DNA of 64,000 nucleotides from Perkinsus olseni (Eukaryota): NCBI GenBank assembly GCA_013115125.1, contig JABANN010000081.1, positions 1 to 64,000 of the forward strand, read 5' to 3'. Shown piece by piece: positions 52,251 to 64,000 of this stretch (position 1 is its first letter; each line of letters starts with the position of its first letter). The notes under the pieces were generated by a model. It saw only the letters and a program-made list of their open reading frames with translations, ran no database searches and was not told where the DNA came from. The position numbers and the translations under genes were made by a program.

Positions 52251-53237
52251 CCTAGCATAATATCTGGTTGGAGGGTTGTCACCTCAGGATCGCGAATTCC
52301 GTGCTAAAAAATACTAGAAACTGCCTAGGAAAATTGTTGACATTTCGGATTTTGAAATTGGGTTTGAGCCCTTTTGCGGAGCGAACAGAACGGCTCAGAC
52401 TCAGACTGCTCAGAAAATCTATGAAGCAGCTAGAGATCACGAAGTCACGGTTTTCGACCAGCCGCCAGGTCGGGACAACGATGCTCCCCAAAGGACTATT
52501 GACCCAAGAGCACAGCGGGAACCATTCGATTCTGTCTGAATCATTCAGACGATCATGAAATTGAGGATGATATCCTCAGTTTCACCCAGAAGCATTGCGA
52601 AATGCCCTGATATCGCAATCTGCCGCCATCCTAGGCGGACAAGGCAGACGCATTGCTACCTTCCCTGACGGCGGGGTACAGCACCCACGAGGAGGTTCGC
52701 CCAGTTCTCCGACCTACTAGGAACTCAACAAGATCCGTATCAGAGAGAATTATGCCAAAGAAGACCTTGAAAAAGTGGCGTCATCATAACCAGCCCGCTT
52801 CGTTATGATGACTAGCGTTTCGTCGAGGCGTGATCAATCAACAGAAATAGTGAGGCTCGCGCTGGCAGCCTGGCTCAGTGAGCCACTGAGGAGCAAATGT
52901 CAGTGCCACTCACCACTAGTGAAGGCTAGATGCCCTCATTCATGTTGGCACTGTGAGCATGATGTCGGGTCAGATGGCGTAAACCGAATTCCCTCAGTGA
53001 TAATACGCAAGCTCGTGCAAGCCGATGAGTGCTCCATCATGCCACGATCGCGCGCTTCATCTGAGCGCTCGAATTCCACATCCTAGGTTTGGCTCGCCCT
53101 CAATCCGCGACCGCGGCACCCATCCGCGACCGCGATAGTCGAGTGGCAGCACAGTGCTGGGGCGAAAGATTTTTGCTGCTCTCGAGCGATCGAACTTGTC
53201 ATCTTCCTGTTCAGAGTCTCTCATTACAACTTCCCGA

Positions 53238-53693
53238 ATGACTACTCTCTTCCTCGTCTTTCTGAGCGCTCTCCTCAGTGGAGCCGGTGGTAACATCTTC
53301 CAAGACTACACGCTACCCGGTGACGAGCAGTATTGGAAGCTCTACGGTACCTCCACCACAGCTCCCCCTACCACCACCCCAACCACTGCCTCTAGTACCT
53401 CGGCGGAGTCCGCACTGGAAGAACTGCTTGGCTCTCTGGTCATTCCGGACTACCGCACGGTCTTCACCACGGTCGAGCCGTTGTCGATCGAGCAGCAGTT
53501 GCAGAGCCTGGAGGTGCTGCCTTATCGCGGCTTTTCCGCAGCGGCTCCTAACACATCGAGCCCTCTGCCGGCGGTGGCCTCCACAAGTACTCCTCCACCG
53601 GGCAACCTCCGTGGCGGGGAGCTCACGAGCTACAGCGGGGCGGCATCGGTTAGCTGGTTGGTGGCAGCGATGACGATGGTGATGCTGTCATGA
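53238..53693 (+). CDS. Small secreted S/T/P-rich, putatively GPI-anchored surface protein (151 aa)
   Basis: Signal peptide, DYTLPGDEQYW, mucin-like core, SYSGA followed by a hydrophobic C-terminal tail. Confidence 0.8.
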   Translation: MTTLFLVFLSALLSGAGGNIFQDYTLPGDEQYWKLYGTSTTAPPTTTPTTASSTSAESALEELLGSLVIPDYRTVFTTVEPLSIEQQLQSLEVLPYRGFSAAAPNTSSPLPAVASTSTPPPGNLRGGELTSYSGAASVSWLVAAMTMVMLS

Positions 53694-55936
53694 GGACGGT
53701 CTGAAGGGGAATGGCCGGCAAGCCCACGTGGCTGCCGGTGACTATAATATTGTTAATTAAGTATGACTATGATTGATATGATATTGCACTTTTATGTTGT
53801 CTGAAAAGCAGAATCGATGTTGAGCTCAAGTTAGCCAATAGGGCAGGAATGCTCCACACTCACTCAATTCGGGCAGAGGAATTACGCTGGATACAGTTGC
53901 GCAGAGCAACTTGCGCAACCCCTCCATATCTTGCGCACAGTGCGCTACTGGCGCACGCCCTAAATCAGCGCCACTTGCGTTGCGTTGCGAGCACTGGAAA
54001 AGTTGCGATGAGCATGACCACATCGGCGATGCGAGATCGCAAGTTGAGATACGCAATAGCACGGACCGTGGCCCACCGCGGGGTCGCGACGAAACAGCGA
54101 GGACCGATTCACCCCAACCGATAAGGATCAGAGGATGAAGAACCACAAGAGGCGAACAGAAATCGGAGAGAAATACTCACAGCCTGTGAGTCACACGATA
54201 TGCAATAGGAGAAGGCCTCTCCGGGAAGTCAAATAACGATGAACCCAGAGCCAGTCCACACCGAGGACGTACAAATGCTATCCTCTTCAGGCTATGCATC
54301 GACAGGCACCTTTCTGCTTGTGGCCTGCCTGCAATGAGCTCCACGACGAGAGAAACGGTCCATCAGAAACTGGACAACAAGAGTCCTCCTATTCGACGAA
54401 CAGGGCACAAAAACTGGGTTGCACATCGGTCAACAAAGAGCACAAGAATCGATCCCAGCGTAGCATTTTTGTGGACCACTCTGTGGACGACAACTTGTGG
54501 TCACATCAACATCACTCAGTATCCATGCCAGGAACCTGTGTAAGACAGGAAGTCAACAACTCTGAACAGATTCCCTTGAGTGTTCACACGAGTCGTGACA
54601 GGTGAGAAGACTTTCCTAGCAACAAAAGTCAGTACCAACTCGAGAATACAAAGCTGGTACTGCCAACACGGATTATGGTTTGCAACGAAAAGTGCAATAT
54701 GCAAGCATGAATAGGAAGTCATTTGCTATCGTATGATATGATATGGTTCATATCCTACATTTCCTGGAAATGCAACACAACAGGACGAGGGCAGTGCTGT
54801 CACAGCAGCAACAGCTTCGCCACTAGGCTTCGATACTTCAACATCCCACGGAGTCTGTAGTACAGACTGACCATGCCGCAAGCGAAAACGTAGCCACAAA
54901 ACCGCAACTTGCGCGCCTTCGGTCCATCCCCTGATGCGGCTCGGCTTTCAATGGGTGTAGGATTCTGTAGCCGTACGGGGGCAATTCTATCTAGCTTACG
55001 TTCAGCCACCGAACCTGCCCCTCACCAACTTAGGGTAGAACATTGACTACGGCATCGAGCCAGGTGAGGAATTGGTTCATCGCGGCCATAAATGTTTGAG
55101 AGTACTGCGAGGTTCTCGTCGAGAACTTCTCGAGAACTTCTCGAGGGTGCCGAGAATGCGCCCGCGCGACAACAAAAGATTTCTGACGTCGACATCAATA
55201 TAACATCACGAGACAATACGGTAGCGGGCTCGAAAAATGCTCATCGCTTATCATTTGCCTATGACATACAACTACGTGCCGACGGAGAATGACTTGTGGC
55301 GATCATTACTTCGCGTATGGCCCGAAACTTTCGAGCCACCAGGGCGTCCATGGCAGGAATGTAAGACCTCTATTGGGTCTTTTGAAAACTGGGAGACCCT
55401 GGAGACTTACTCATTGTAGAGACCTTCTCAGAGGGCTAGGAGGCTCTTGTCATTGCTTGAGACCATCATGAACCCTCAAGCCGCTTCAAGCGGGCCACTT
55501 GAGAGAAAGGCGGAACTTTTAAACTAGAAAGCTCATAGAGGAGCTGTTCCTATGTTATAGACTGACGGTCAATCACTGACCAGATGTGCACCCCAACACG
55601 AGACTCCCTCGCGCAGCGCGAGTCGCGCGTCGCGGCGAGTCGCGCTGCCACGACGCGCGCTTTCAACCACCCGAAAAACCCCGGAGACGGAATTCCGTGA
55701 CTCGTGCTGCGCTGTTGCGACTCGCAACTTGCGAGGGAGTGATATCTTCTATGATTGATTGTCTATTGATCAACTCATCCCTCCTATGGGAGGATACACT
55801 TCCAGAATGTTTCGTTAATCCTGTTTGTTCGGTCCAAATACGACGAGATGCTCAGCGAATCTCGATTCGAGATTCAGCGTAGCCATAGCCTCTCAATTCC
55901 GTCTGAGTATAGACAGAGCCTATGGCTTTACTCCGG

Positions 55937-55985
55937 AGAAAACAATCAATCGACCTATGACCCATAGGTCGATTGATTGTTTTCT
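55937..55985. repeat. Perfect 23-bp inverted repeat with 3-nt loop
   Basis: agaaaacaatcaatcgacctatg-acc-cataggtcgattgattgttttct. Confidence 0.95.
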
Positions 55986-56164
55986 TCCGATTTCGTCGCT
56001 AGCATTGATGGATCATCCATCATATTTCAGGTAGGAGTACACTCGTCTTGAGGCAGCCGGAGAGCCAGACTGGCTCTCCGGCTGGCTCAGCCAGTGGAGT
56101 GCTCCCGCTACCTGCTATTGGGCTTTTCCCATTTGCTCCAACCACCCCGTGCTACACCTGAGCA

Positions 56165-57171
56165 ATGACTGCCTTCGCTCACTCTGTCCTGCTCATGATA
56201 CTGGCTTCCACGATGGTGATTGCTCTTCATTCTACCAGCCCCAAACGTGCTAGAGTAATCACGATCGCACAGTGCGATCCGCACTATAATCACTGGACCC
56301 ATATCAGTTGCTCCTCAGGGGGAAAGTGTAACGGAAGATAGGACTGACATGGTGGAGACTGAACCGTCATCCCACAATGAAGAGGACGCTCAATGGCATC
56401 GGTTGAAAAACCAGGTGGATGCTAAGCTGTCCCAGTTGAGCAATAAAATGGAAGCTCAAGTGACTAAGTTGAGCAATAGAATGGCCGAGTTGAGCAAGGA
56501 AGTCAAGGCTGAAATGGCAGTGCTGAACAATGATGTGACCAGACTTAAACGTCGAGCAGATGCTTCCCAAAATGTAGTATATGTGATGTGCAAACTCGCC
56601 GGCGACCCGTCTGGACTTCCATTCAATTATCCTGCTTCAGATAAGAGCTAGCGAGAGATCGTGTTCAGGAAAGACCTCGTACGAGTTCTCAGCTAGCAAT
56701 CCATCTAATGGTATTTATTCATTCAAGTGGCGCCAGGAAGGTCAGGTGGACATTCAGCTATCCTGGTGAGTCACCAGTAGTGATATTCATGATGCGTACT
56801 TTCGCGAACATCCGCCCTAACTGTTCGGTCTAGTGAGTATAGCGGGTGTCATTTTCAGGAGGTTACGTCAGGATTCGATGATCGTTTACATGTTGGACTC
56901 CGACTCGGGTTCTAAAGAGAGTCTGAGTGGACCCTTGAAAGAAATGGAGAGAATATTCTCCGATGTCCTCCCCTTTCCTGGTCTGTTCAACAAGATCAAA
57001 GAGGCGTTCGACTCCCGCATGACGGAGGGGAAATGCATCGACCTGATGCTGGGCGTCGCATTCGATCGTCCCGCTGGCATCCCATGGTCGGAGGGATGGG
57101 TCGTCTCTTTCGTACGTGCCAACATGAATAAATTTTTGAGGCTCGTGCGCGAACATGAAGGAAAATTCTAG
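56165..57171 (+). CDS. Secreted lineage-specific protein with coiled-coil, multi-exon; middle exons uncertain
   Basis: Signal exon MTAFAHSVLLMILASTMVIAL (56165-56254) joins ORF 56349 in frame via intron 56255-56318. Last exon GKC..A..P.G...WV. Confidence 0.6.
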
Positions 57172-57624
57172 AAAGTTTTGATGTTGCAGTATTCAATCCT
57201 TCTATCATGTTTATTGTTATGTTGATGTGGAAGTTGACAGGAAGTATTGTTGAGTTGAGCGTGGCAAAAGGCTCTTGGCAATTTTGAGTTGCTGTATGGC
57301 TCAAAAGAGTTGCCACAGCGGGCGCTCTTAACGTCCCGCAAAATATTGTAGACGGAATTCCGTGTCTCGTGCTGCTCGGTTGCGGGAGTCTGATATCATG
57401 ATCTATGATGGATGAGGCCATCATCATCCAACCTCTCGCCGTACGAGAGGCCACACCTCCCGAGCATGGTGCCATAATGGCACTGCCATTCCTCAATGAG
57501 GGAGATAAGGAATCCCCACCTATGTTGTCATATTCGAGCTCCCTGTTCTTATCGAAATGTCAGTGTAAGTTCTCCCGCTTGCGCTGCTCTAACTTTCCAC
57601 ATCTGCTTGAACCTGGTTCAATGA

Positions 57625-57770
57625 ACCACCACGGACCATACCTGAGCAACGGCTGCCTTTTCGCTCTGCGTCCTGTTCATGGAGCCGGCCTTGACTCCGG
57701 TGATTGCCCTAAATGCTAAAGGCCGCCAACGTGCTAGAGTAATCATGATCGCGACGCGATCGAGACTTCC
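57625..57770 (+). pseudogene. Degenerate copy of the first exon of the 56165 gene
   Basis: cctgagcaaCGgctgcc versus cctgagcaaTGactgcc. Shared aacgtgctagagtaatca donor region. Confidence 0.7.
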
Positions 57771-58518
57771 ATAGCAACTGCACGGTGCAGTAACTAACTC
57801 CCAGGTAGAGCCGTGCTGCATAAACACTGTATTTGGGCCGATCTTAAAGCTGCATTCGTCAATCCCCGGGTCTCTGAGCGCTACGCTAAGAGCTTACCAT
57901 GCTCACTATGTCCTAGTCAGTACTGTAGACTGAGAAGACTCATCCACTTACAGCTACTTGAAGACTGGACCCTGCAAAGGGTTTATCTGGTTCTCCGTCT
58001 GTCCTACAGATCTATGGCCGCATCACCGTGGCCGAGACTAACGAGAGGAGGACAGCTGCACGGCTAGCCAGGAGAGAAGACCGAAAAGCCTACCCCGTCA
58101 AGCTGGCTCCCACAGCCAGGCTCTGGACGAAGCCTGCCTTACTACAGTCGAGAGCATTACGGGCTTCAGCCGAAAGAGCCGGGCTCTTAGAGCCCAATCC
58201 GAAGACCGAGTGAGGCAGCTAGATGTCTGCGTCAAAGGATTCTTCAGGTCGAAGACGCTAATGGCCACTCGTACCGCAAGGGGCCGTTACAGGGACGACC
58301 ACGTTGTGACAGCAAATATCCAGCGAGAGGTTGAGACGATATACATCGAGTGCGGGCGGGTGACCAATCTCAGAAGCCAGCACTTCTCGGAGAGAAGACT
58401 TAGCGGTACCTTTGTTAACCCTGGCCTTTTCGGTGCCTGACCGACAACACTGTTCGGCGAGCAGAGAATCTGTGTGTATTCATTCAGAATGAACACACAG
58501 GCACATATCGTGCACATA

Positions 58519-58910
58519 ACCTTTCCCACTGGTACCGAATGAAGAATGCACATCGTAATAGAAATGAACTCTGCTGCTGCTGCAGTGCTGCATCAGCCTA
58601 CAATTCCACTCACTAGGGAGCACAACTCCTAATCATCACAAGATAAACTCTCTTGATACATCGGGAAATGCCAGATAAGTGAGCGCTATTAACTCAGTAT
58701 TACTGAGCATTATAAATTACTTCTCAGTCACTCGAGCTGCTCGACTCGAGCAGTACCAGACTACACGCCCCCTGAATGACTCCGCACTGCGGAATCCGCA
58801 GCACAGCGACCTGCAGGCTCCTTATCACAAAATCGCCCCACAAAGTCACCGTCCCAACAAGGAATCTCAACCCCGTATGTTGGCTCCGTCCTCAATTGCC
58901 ATATCCCGCT
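58519..58910 (-). pseudogene. Partial duplicate of the F-box/LRR gene 3' end and downstream flank (62333-62700)
   Basis: Shared gcagcacagcgacctg, ccgtcccaacaaggaatctc, tgttggctccgtcctcaa, cttccc(c)actggtaccga. Confidence 0.85.
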
Positions 58911-60089
58911 ACCTCCCTACGGGGTGGGGACTCCATCGGAGTCAGTTGGAGGCACTCCAACTGAACGCTTCCGCTTCGTTCATCCGTGACAGCTTCTCTC
59001 GTAGAGCAGCGAATACTGTTACCACCGTGCATCTCAAAATCTACTGTGGACACGGTCCATTGTGAGCCCCACCGGTACTCGGACCTTCCCGAGCCTGCAT
59101 AAGTGTGAGCCCCACCGGTACAAGTCGACATGAAGCGCGCTCGCAGGAACCCTTCTGCTGCTGATCGATTCCTAGAGTCTTCTGCTCCTTCCTCACATTC
59201 CTCTCAGGCATTCTGTTCGGCCTCACACGTCGCCGCTAAACGAGCCGGGCTCGTTGTCATGGTAATACAGTCGGACCGAGCCACAAACAGTTCGATGTTA
59301 TATCATGTTATGCTGTCCGGCCCGGACAGTCCGGAAAAGCAATACAGTTGCAACCAACAAATTATTGCTAAGTTACTGTAGCAATGCTAACAATCATGCT
59401 GAGTGAGTCGTCATGTAGCTCATGAGGATAGTAATCAAATAGAATCAAGCGGCGAGTGAACAGGTGTCCGGCTGTACCCAAACTTGATCCGTTGCCATGT
59501 ATTAGCGTTCATGCATCATCCGCTCACCGCGTTTTCTCACTGCGGCACAACTTTTGGTTTTCCGCCTCTGTTTTGTACGAGGCCCACCATTGAATATTTG
59601 CTGTAAAAAATAATAATAAATAGCAACAGCTGGAGCAACCGTCGGAGGACTGGCGACTGGGACGGTGACCGCGAGGATGGAGGAAGATGCAGATGAAGTC
59701 GGTCGAAGCCTTAGAGCAGGAAGACGTGATGACTAATTCATGTATTGCTCGTTATTAAGGAACGTTTCAATCTGTTTTCTCACTGCGCCACATAACTTCA
59801 TCCCCGCGTTATCCGCTCCCTCGCCGGGCTGCAGGACCGGGTTTTCCCGCTCCTTCAGCCCCCCCCCCCACCCCCAGTCCAGCCGGCACTGCTGGAAATG
59901 AACACACAGACTGTGGCAATCCTCACAAATAAAAAAAGTTGCGCTGCGCAATAATGCACCAAAAACCACCAACGCACGAAGCCCTTGATTTGCGCATCTT
60001 CATTTTGGCTCGCCTGCAAGCCGCGACCGCGATGCCATCCCAAGCACTGGAGAGTTCTCTGCCATAGTCTTGTCTCAGCGGCATCTCGA

Positions 60090-60611
60090 ATGACTACCCT
60101 TCTCATCTTCATTGCTCTCCTCCTCGGAGCTCATGCCGGTATCTTCGACGGGTACACTCTTCCGGGAGATGAAGACTATTGGGCATCCGATGACACCCTC
60201 CCCAACTCCACTACGGCCCTCACCACGACCCCAGCCTCCACCTACGTGGCCGCCTCTACGGAACCCTTCCTCCAGCAGCTACTCAAGCTGGACATTCCGG
60301 TGAACCGCGGAGTCCCTACAACGGTCGAGCCCCTGTCACTGGAGAAGCTGGAAGCTCTGGACATCCGACCCTTCCGTGGGTTCACCACAAGGCCTCTCAC
60401 AACAACCAGCCCGATGCCTCCTACCACAAAGTCGGTGCTAGAGCACCTACTCGAGTTGAGAATCCCCATCCATGGGGACATCTCGCCGGGATCTGACAAC
60501 ACGACTGCTCCTCCCCCGGGGAACCTGCGAGCAGGTGGTCTAACCAGTCACAGCGGCGCCGTATCGGTTTGCTTGCTACTGGTAGGGTTAACAGTTGAGA
60601 CAGTCTTCTGA
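60090..60611 (+). CDS. Small secreted S/T/P-rich, putatively GPI-anchored surface protein (173 aa), paralog of 53238
   Basis: Signal peptide, GYTLPGDEDYW, EPLSLEKLEALDIRPFRG, PPPGNLRAGGLTSHSGA plus hydrophobic tail. Confidence 0.8.
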   Translation: MTTLLIFIALLLGAHAGIFDGYTLPGDEDYWASDDTLPNSTTALTTTPASTYVAASTEPFLQQLLKLDIPVNRGVPTTVEPLSLEKLEALDIRPFRGFTTRPLTTTSPMPPTTKSVLEHLLELRIPIHGDISPGSDNTTAPPPGNLRAGGLTSHSGAVSVCLLLVGLTVETVF

Positions 60612-60867
60612 GCGCAGCTTAGAGAAGGATGGCCGGTAAGCCCACGTGGCTGCCGGCGGCTATAGTACTATTATTTTTACGACTATAGTACTATTACTAA
60701 TTAGTTATGACCCATTGATTTAATACTATATTTTTTGTTGCCCAGTGAAGTAACCTGCTGAGTTGAAGTAACTCCCATAAAACTCGGGAGTAGAATCTAC
60801 TCAGTAGATTAGAGGGATGTCATTTCTGGGGTGGGAGCCATAAGAGCCAACATGATGGCGAATCTAT

Positions 60868-61462
60868 CGGGGTGTTCAGAGAACCTATTCTGAAATTCAG
60901 AATAGATTCCAGAATGCAAAACACCAAAATCGCGTTCAGAGAACTGGCCCCGAAATGCATTCTGGAAAGTGTTCCAGAATGGATTCCGAACGCGTTCAGT
61001 AGACTTAAGATTGTATTCCGAAACGTATTCCAGAAGGCGAAATTTGGGTATGAGAAAATCGTTTTCTGAGCGAATATTTTACGGCGCGTAGCTTTTCGTG
61101 GCGCGTGAACGTTCTACCCGACTTCATGATACGTCCTGCGCAAGGATCGAACTCGCGGTCTTGCGGATAGGGGCTGCGCGCTTTACCGCTAGGCCATTCG
61201 ACTGGATTTCAGCGGCGACGCCTGTCAGGGGGCCAGGCGCTTGTACGCTAGCGGAGGTTGCGCATGAAACGTTTCCAGAATCCATTCTAAGATTGCGTTC
61301 TGAGAATGCGATCCGTTGAACACGTTTCGGAATCGATTCTGGAACATATTCCGAGATATTTGAGAATGGAATCCTCTGAACACGATTCGAGAATCAATTC
61401 TGAGAATCGATTCTAAGAATACTTTCTGGAATTGATTCCGGCTGATTTTTCTGAACACCCCG
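60868..61462. mobile_element. MITE-like element with 13-bp TIRs, ~12-bp quasi-palindromic subterminal arrays and central tRNA-like sequence
   Basis: CGGGGTGTTCAGA..TCTGAACACCCCG flanked by TAT on both sides. agaatcgattct-type units in both arms. Confidence 0.8.
61132..61203 (-). pseudogene. tRNA-derived sequence inside MITE
   Basis: A box TGGCCTAGCGG, T arm GCGAG-TTCGATC-CTTGC. Acceptor and anticodon stems mismatched. Confidence 0.65.
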
Positions 61463-62541
61463 TATGTGTGCGCAAGATACAGTAGCGCACGCCCTAAATT
61501 CAGTAGGTCCACCAATTCAAATTGAAGGACGAGCGATAGTCGGCGACCATCAATCCTTCGAGGCTTGATAGTCATCAGTAGATCTCTAGTCATCTGTGCC
61601 GTCTGTAGGTCTGTAGGTCTGTAGATAGCTCCCGATCCCGAGCATTGTCTTCGAGATAGAGAGCTACCTGCAGGACTCAACAGCCCGCAGCTCTCAACTG
61701 ATAAATGGCAGAACCGCGTTTTAAGAACACCGATAGACTGCTCGCAGAGGCCTGCTGCAGTCCTGTAACAATTCTCAGGTCACAATACAAGTTGTGTTCT
61801 GTTGTGTTGTGTCACACAACGAGTGACGAGCAGCAGCAAAGGAAATCCAACGAACCGCGTAGACCGGCACGATGGCAGCATTATAGAAACTGAGCAAGCA
61901 ACTGACTTCACGAATCGTCGAGCATTCACGAATCGCGCAATAAGCGAATGCTCAAGTTCAGGCTTGAACTGCTCAGGCAGAACAGACGAGCGAAGTGGCA
62001 AGGCGTCGGACTTATTCTTCGCCTACATCCATCTTCTGAGGAGAAGATGAATAGAAGATGCTCCCTTCTCACCGCCAGCCCTACAAGCATCACACCCAGG
62101 ATAATTCCGGCATTCATGGCCTATGCCAGTAACAAGATTCATCTCAAGAAACAGTACGAGTGCTCGAGATACGGCTGCTTCACTGTGAAGCCTTCACACA
62201 AGCAAAACAAGGCCGGCGGTACGACCTGGAGCTAAATGCATGGTGCCGCCCTGATGGTGGTGGAGCGCCATTGCATGCCGCTGGTCAACGATTTTTAATC
62301 GTCGATTAACCGCCGCGGTGGGTCAAATTACTGGCCTTCCCCACTGGTACCGAGTAAAAGATGTAAATCACGATGGATATCAACTCCGCTGCTGCATCAG
62401 CTTACAATTCGACTCACGGTGAGCCACCCACTACTAGTGAGTCACTAGATAACACAAATCCTGATCATTATTAGATGAAATCTATTAATCTGTCGAAAAA
62501 TGCCAAATAAGTGAGCGCTACTGAGCATTATCAATTACTAC

Positions 62542-63996
62542 TCAGTCACTCGAGGAGTACCAGACTACACGCCCTCTGCTGAATGATTCCGCAGCACAGC
62601 GACCTGTTGGCCCCTCATCGCAGAATGACTCCACAAAGCCGCCGTCCCAACAAGGAATCTCCACCCCAGATGTTGGCTCCGTCCTCAACTGCCATATCCG
62701 CCCTCCAGCTTCGAGCAGCCTTCTAAATCCAACCCACAATTCATGTTCGTGTGCCACGCCGGTGCCATGCACTGGGCAGCGGAACTCTACACCGCCATCC
62801 CAGAGCAGGCGGATTCTTCCACTGAAGAGGCCGTGCATGAATGCTGCTCTTTCCGGTGTAACTGGAGTGTACCCCAAGCCGAGGCGGGTAATATTCGGAC
62901 AGGTCTCAAGTAGACTGAAGAGCATATCCTCGGTAATGTTCCATTCACCCAGACCCAATACACTCAAAGGAGCCGGGCTGATGGTCTTGAGACCGTCGAA
63001 AAAGGACATAAGATACTCATCGCTTGATCCCGTGGGTCCAGAGAAGTCAACGCATCGCATGCGGGGATTCGATCCCACCCAGCGGAACATATCATTGACT
63101 TCCTCGACGGGAGCTTCGAAATATGGGCGGATCATTTCCAGGTTGCAGAGGTTGGCACAAGAAGTTAATCCATTGTAAAAGAAGCCGGCTCTGATGATGC
63201 CTCCCGAGAGACAGAGGACATTTAGGCTTGAAGGAAACGGATAGACTATCACCCCGTGATAATCCGAAGTTGCCGTCGATGATAAGTGCAACTCTTTCAG
63301 AATACAGCACCTCTCGATTGACTTGCGTAACTGTTCGATGTCGGTCGACCGTGTATTCTTCTCAAAGTGAACGCTCAAGCCCAACTCCACCAGCGGCTCA
63401 TGGGCTTGGCCACAGACAACCTTCAGGCGAGCCAGAGGAGCTTTAGTTCTCTCGAGGCGAAGGACTCTCCACGGCTTCAATCTTGCTCCACCATCCAACC
63501 AACCCTTACCGGTGACGGAGAGCCACACCACCAACAGCTCTGTGAGGTTCGGCAGACTGCCACAGCACAGCGACAGATCATCATCTTTGATACCGGGATG
63601 GTACGACAAGTCGAGTCGGACCAATTTCGGCAAGCTGTCCCACAGTCGCCCATTCAGGCGGAGACAGCGTGTCGCCAAAGTCCTCAAATTGGGAGCAGCA
63701 CCATTCTCGAGAGCCTCTTGGAGTTCATCCCCGTCGTCCTCCGTCGGTGCGTTAAGCTCCCCCGCGTACCTTCCATACGTCTTCATGATGGCACTCAAGC
63801 GTTTCTGCCGAGGCATCGTTATCTTCAATATCCCATAGCCAGTCCTAGCTCCCTCATGAAGTAAATAGTCCAGCACAGCCCTTCTCCAACTGCTGCACAC
63901 TGACGCCATTCGGACAGCGCTGGTGACATCAGAGATGAGCCAAGGGAGGATGTGCTCGAGGATAAGGCCATCAATGGAAGGGGAGATTGGAAGCAT
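62542..63996 (-). CDS. F-box/leucine-rich repeat protein
   Basis: N-terminal ILEHILPWL..RMASVCSSWRR F-box motif. LRR units LPKLVRLDLSY, LPNLTELLV, CPNITRLGLG. Confidence 0.88.
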   Translation of the reverse strand: MLPISPSIDGLILEHILPWLISDVTSAVRMASVCSSWRRAVLDYLLHEGARTGYGILKITMPRQKRLSAIMKTYGRYAGELNAPTEDDGDELQEALENGAAPNLRTLATRCLRLNGRLWDSLPKLVRLDLSYHPGIKDDDLSLCCGSLPNLTELLVVWLSVTGKGWLDGGARLKPWRVLRLERTKAPLARLKVVCGQAHEPLVELGLSVHFEKNTRSTDIEQLRKSIERCCILKELHLSSTATSDYHGVIVYPFPSSLNVLCLSGGIIRAGFFYNGLTSCANLCNLEMIRPYFEAPVEEVNDMFRWVGSNPRMRCVDFSGPTGSSDEYLMSFFDGLKTISPAPLSVLGLGEWNITEDMLFSLLETCPNITRLGLGYTPVTPERAAFMHGLFSGRIRLLWDGGVEFRCPVHGTGVAHEHELWVGFRRLLEAGGRIWQLRTEPTSGVEIPCWDGGFVESFCDEGPTGRCAAESFSRGRVVWYSSSD

Positions 63997-64000
63997 CTAG

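Noticed and set aside
53690-53745. SECIS element after TGA stops of the surface proteins
   Set aside because: No ATGA/GA quartet at correct spacing, and TGA follows a complete hydrophobic tail.
61132-61203. Functional tRNA or suppressor
   Set aside because: Acceptor and anticodon stems do not pair, so no anticodon can be assigned.

Overview
Eukaryotic protist DNA (~50% GC, short spliceosomal introns, intronless secreted families). The style resembles a Perkinsus-like alveolate, but this is inference only. Recognisable genes: a multi-exon SLC35A-type nucleotide-sugar transporter, a decayed papain-family protease, three intronless secreted BBE/AA7-like flavoenzymes carrying an unnamed 4-Cys repeat module, a pepsin-family protease, a small putatively GPI-anchored mucin-like family, a coiled-coil gene, an F-box/LRR gene and tRNA-Lys(UUU). 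Mobile DNA: Bel/Pao-like, hAT and MULE-like remnants plus three foldback TIR elements, two with a central tRNA-like core. The most striking signal is a stereotyped 22-bp scar: for an 8-mer T it reads T[1-7] + revcomp(T) + T[2-8]. It occurs perfectly 10 times and with one mismatch about 8 more times. This matches hairpin-resolved hAT excision footprints, and paralogous empty/filled sites exist inside the window.
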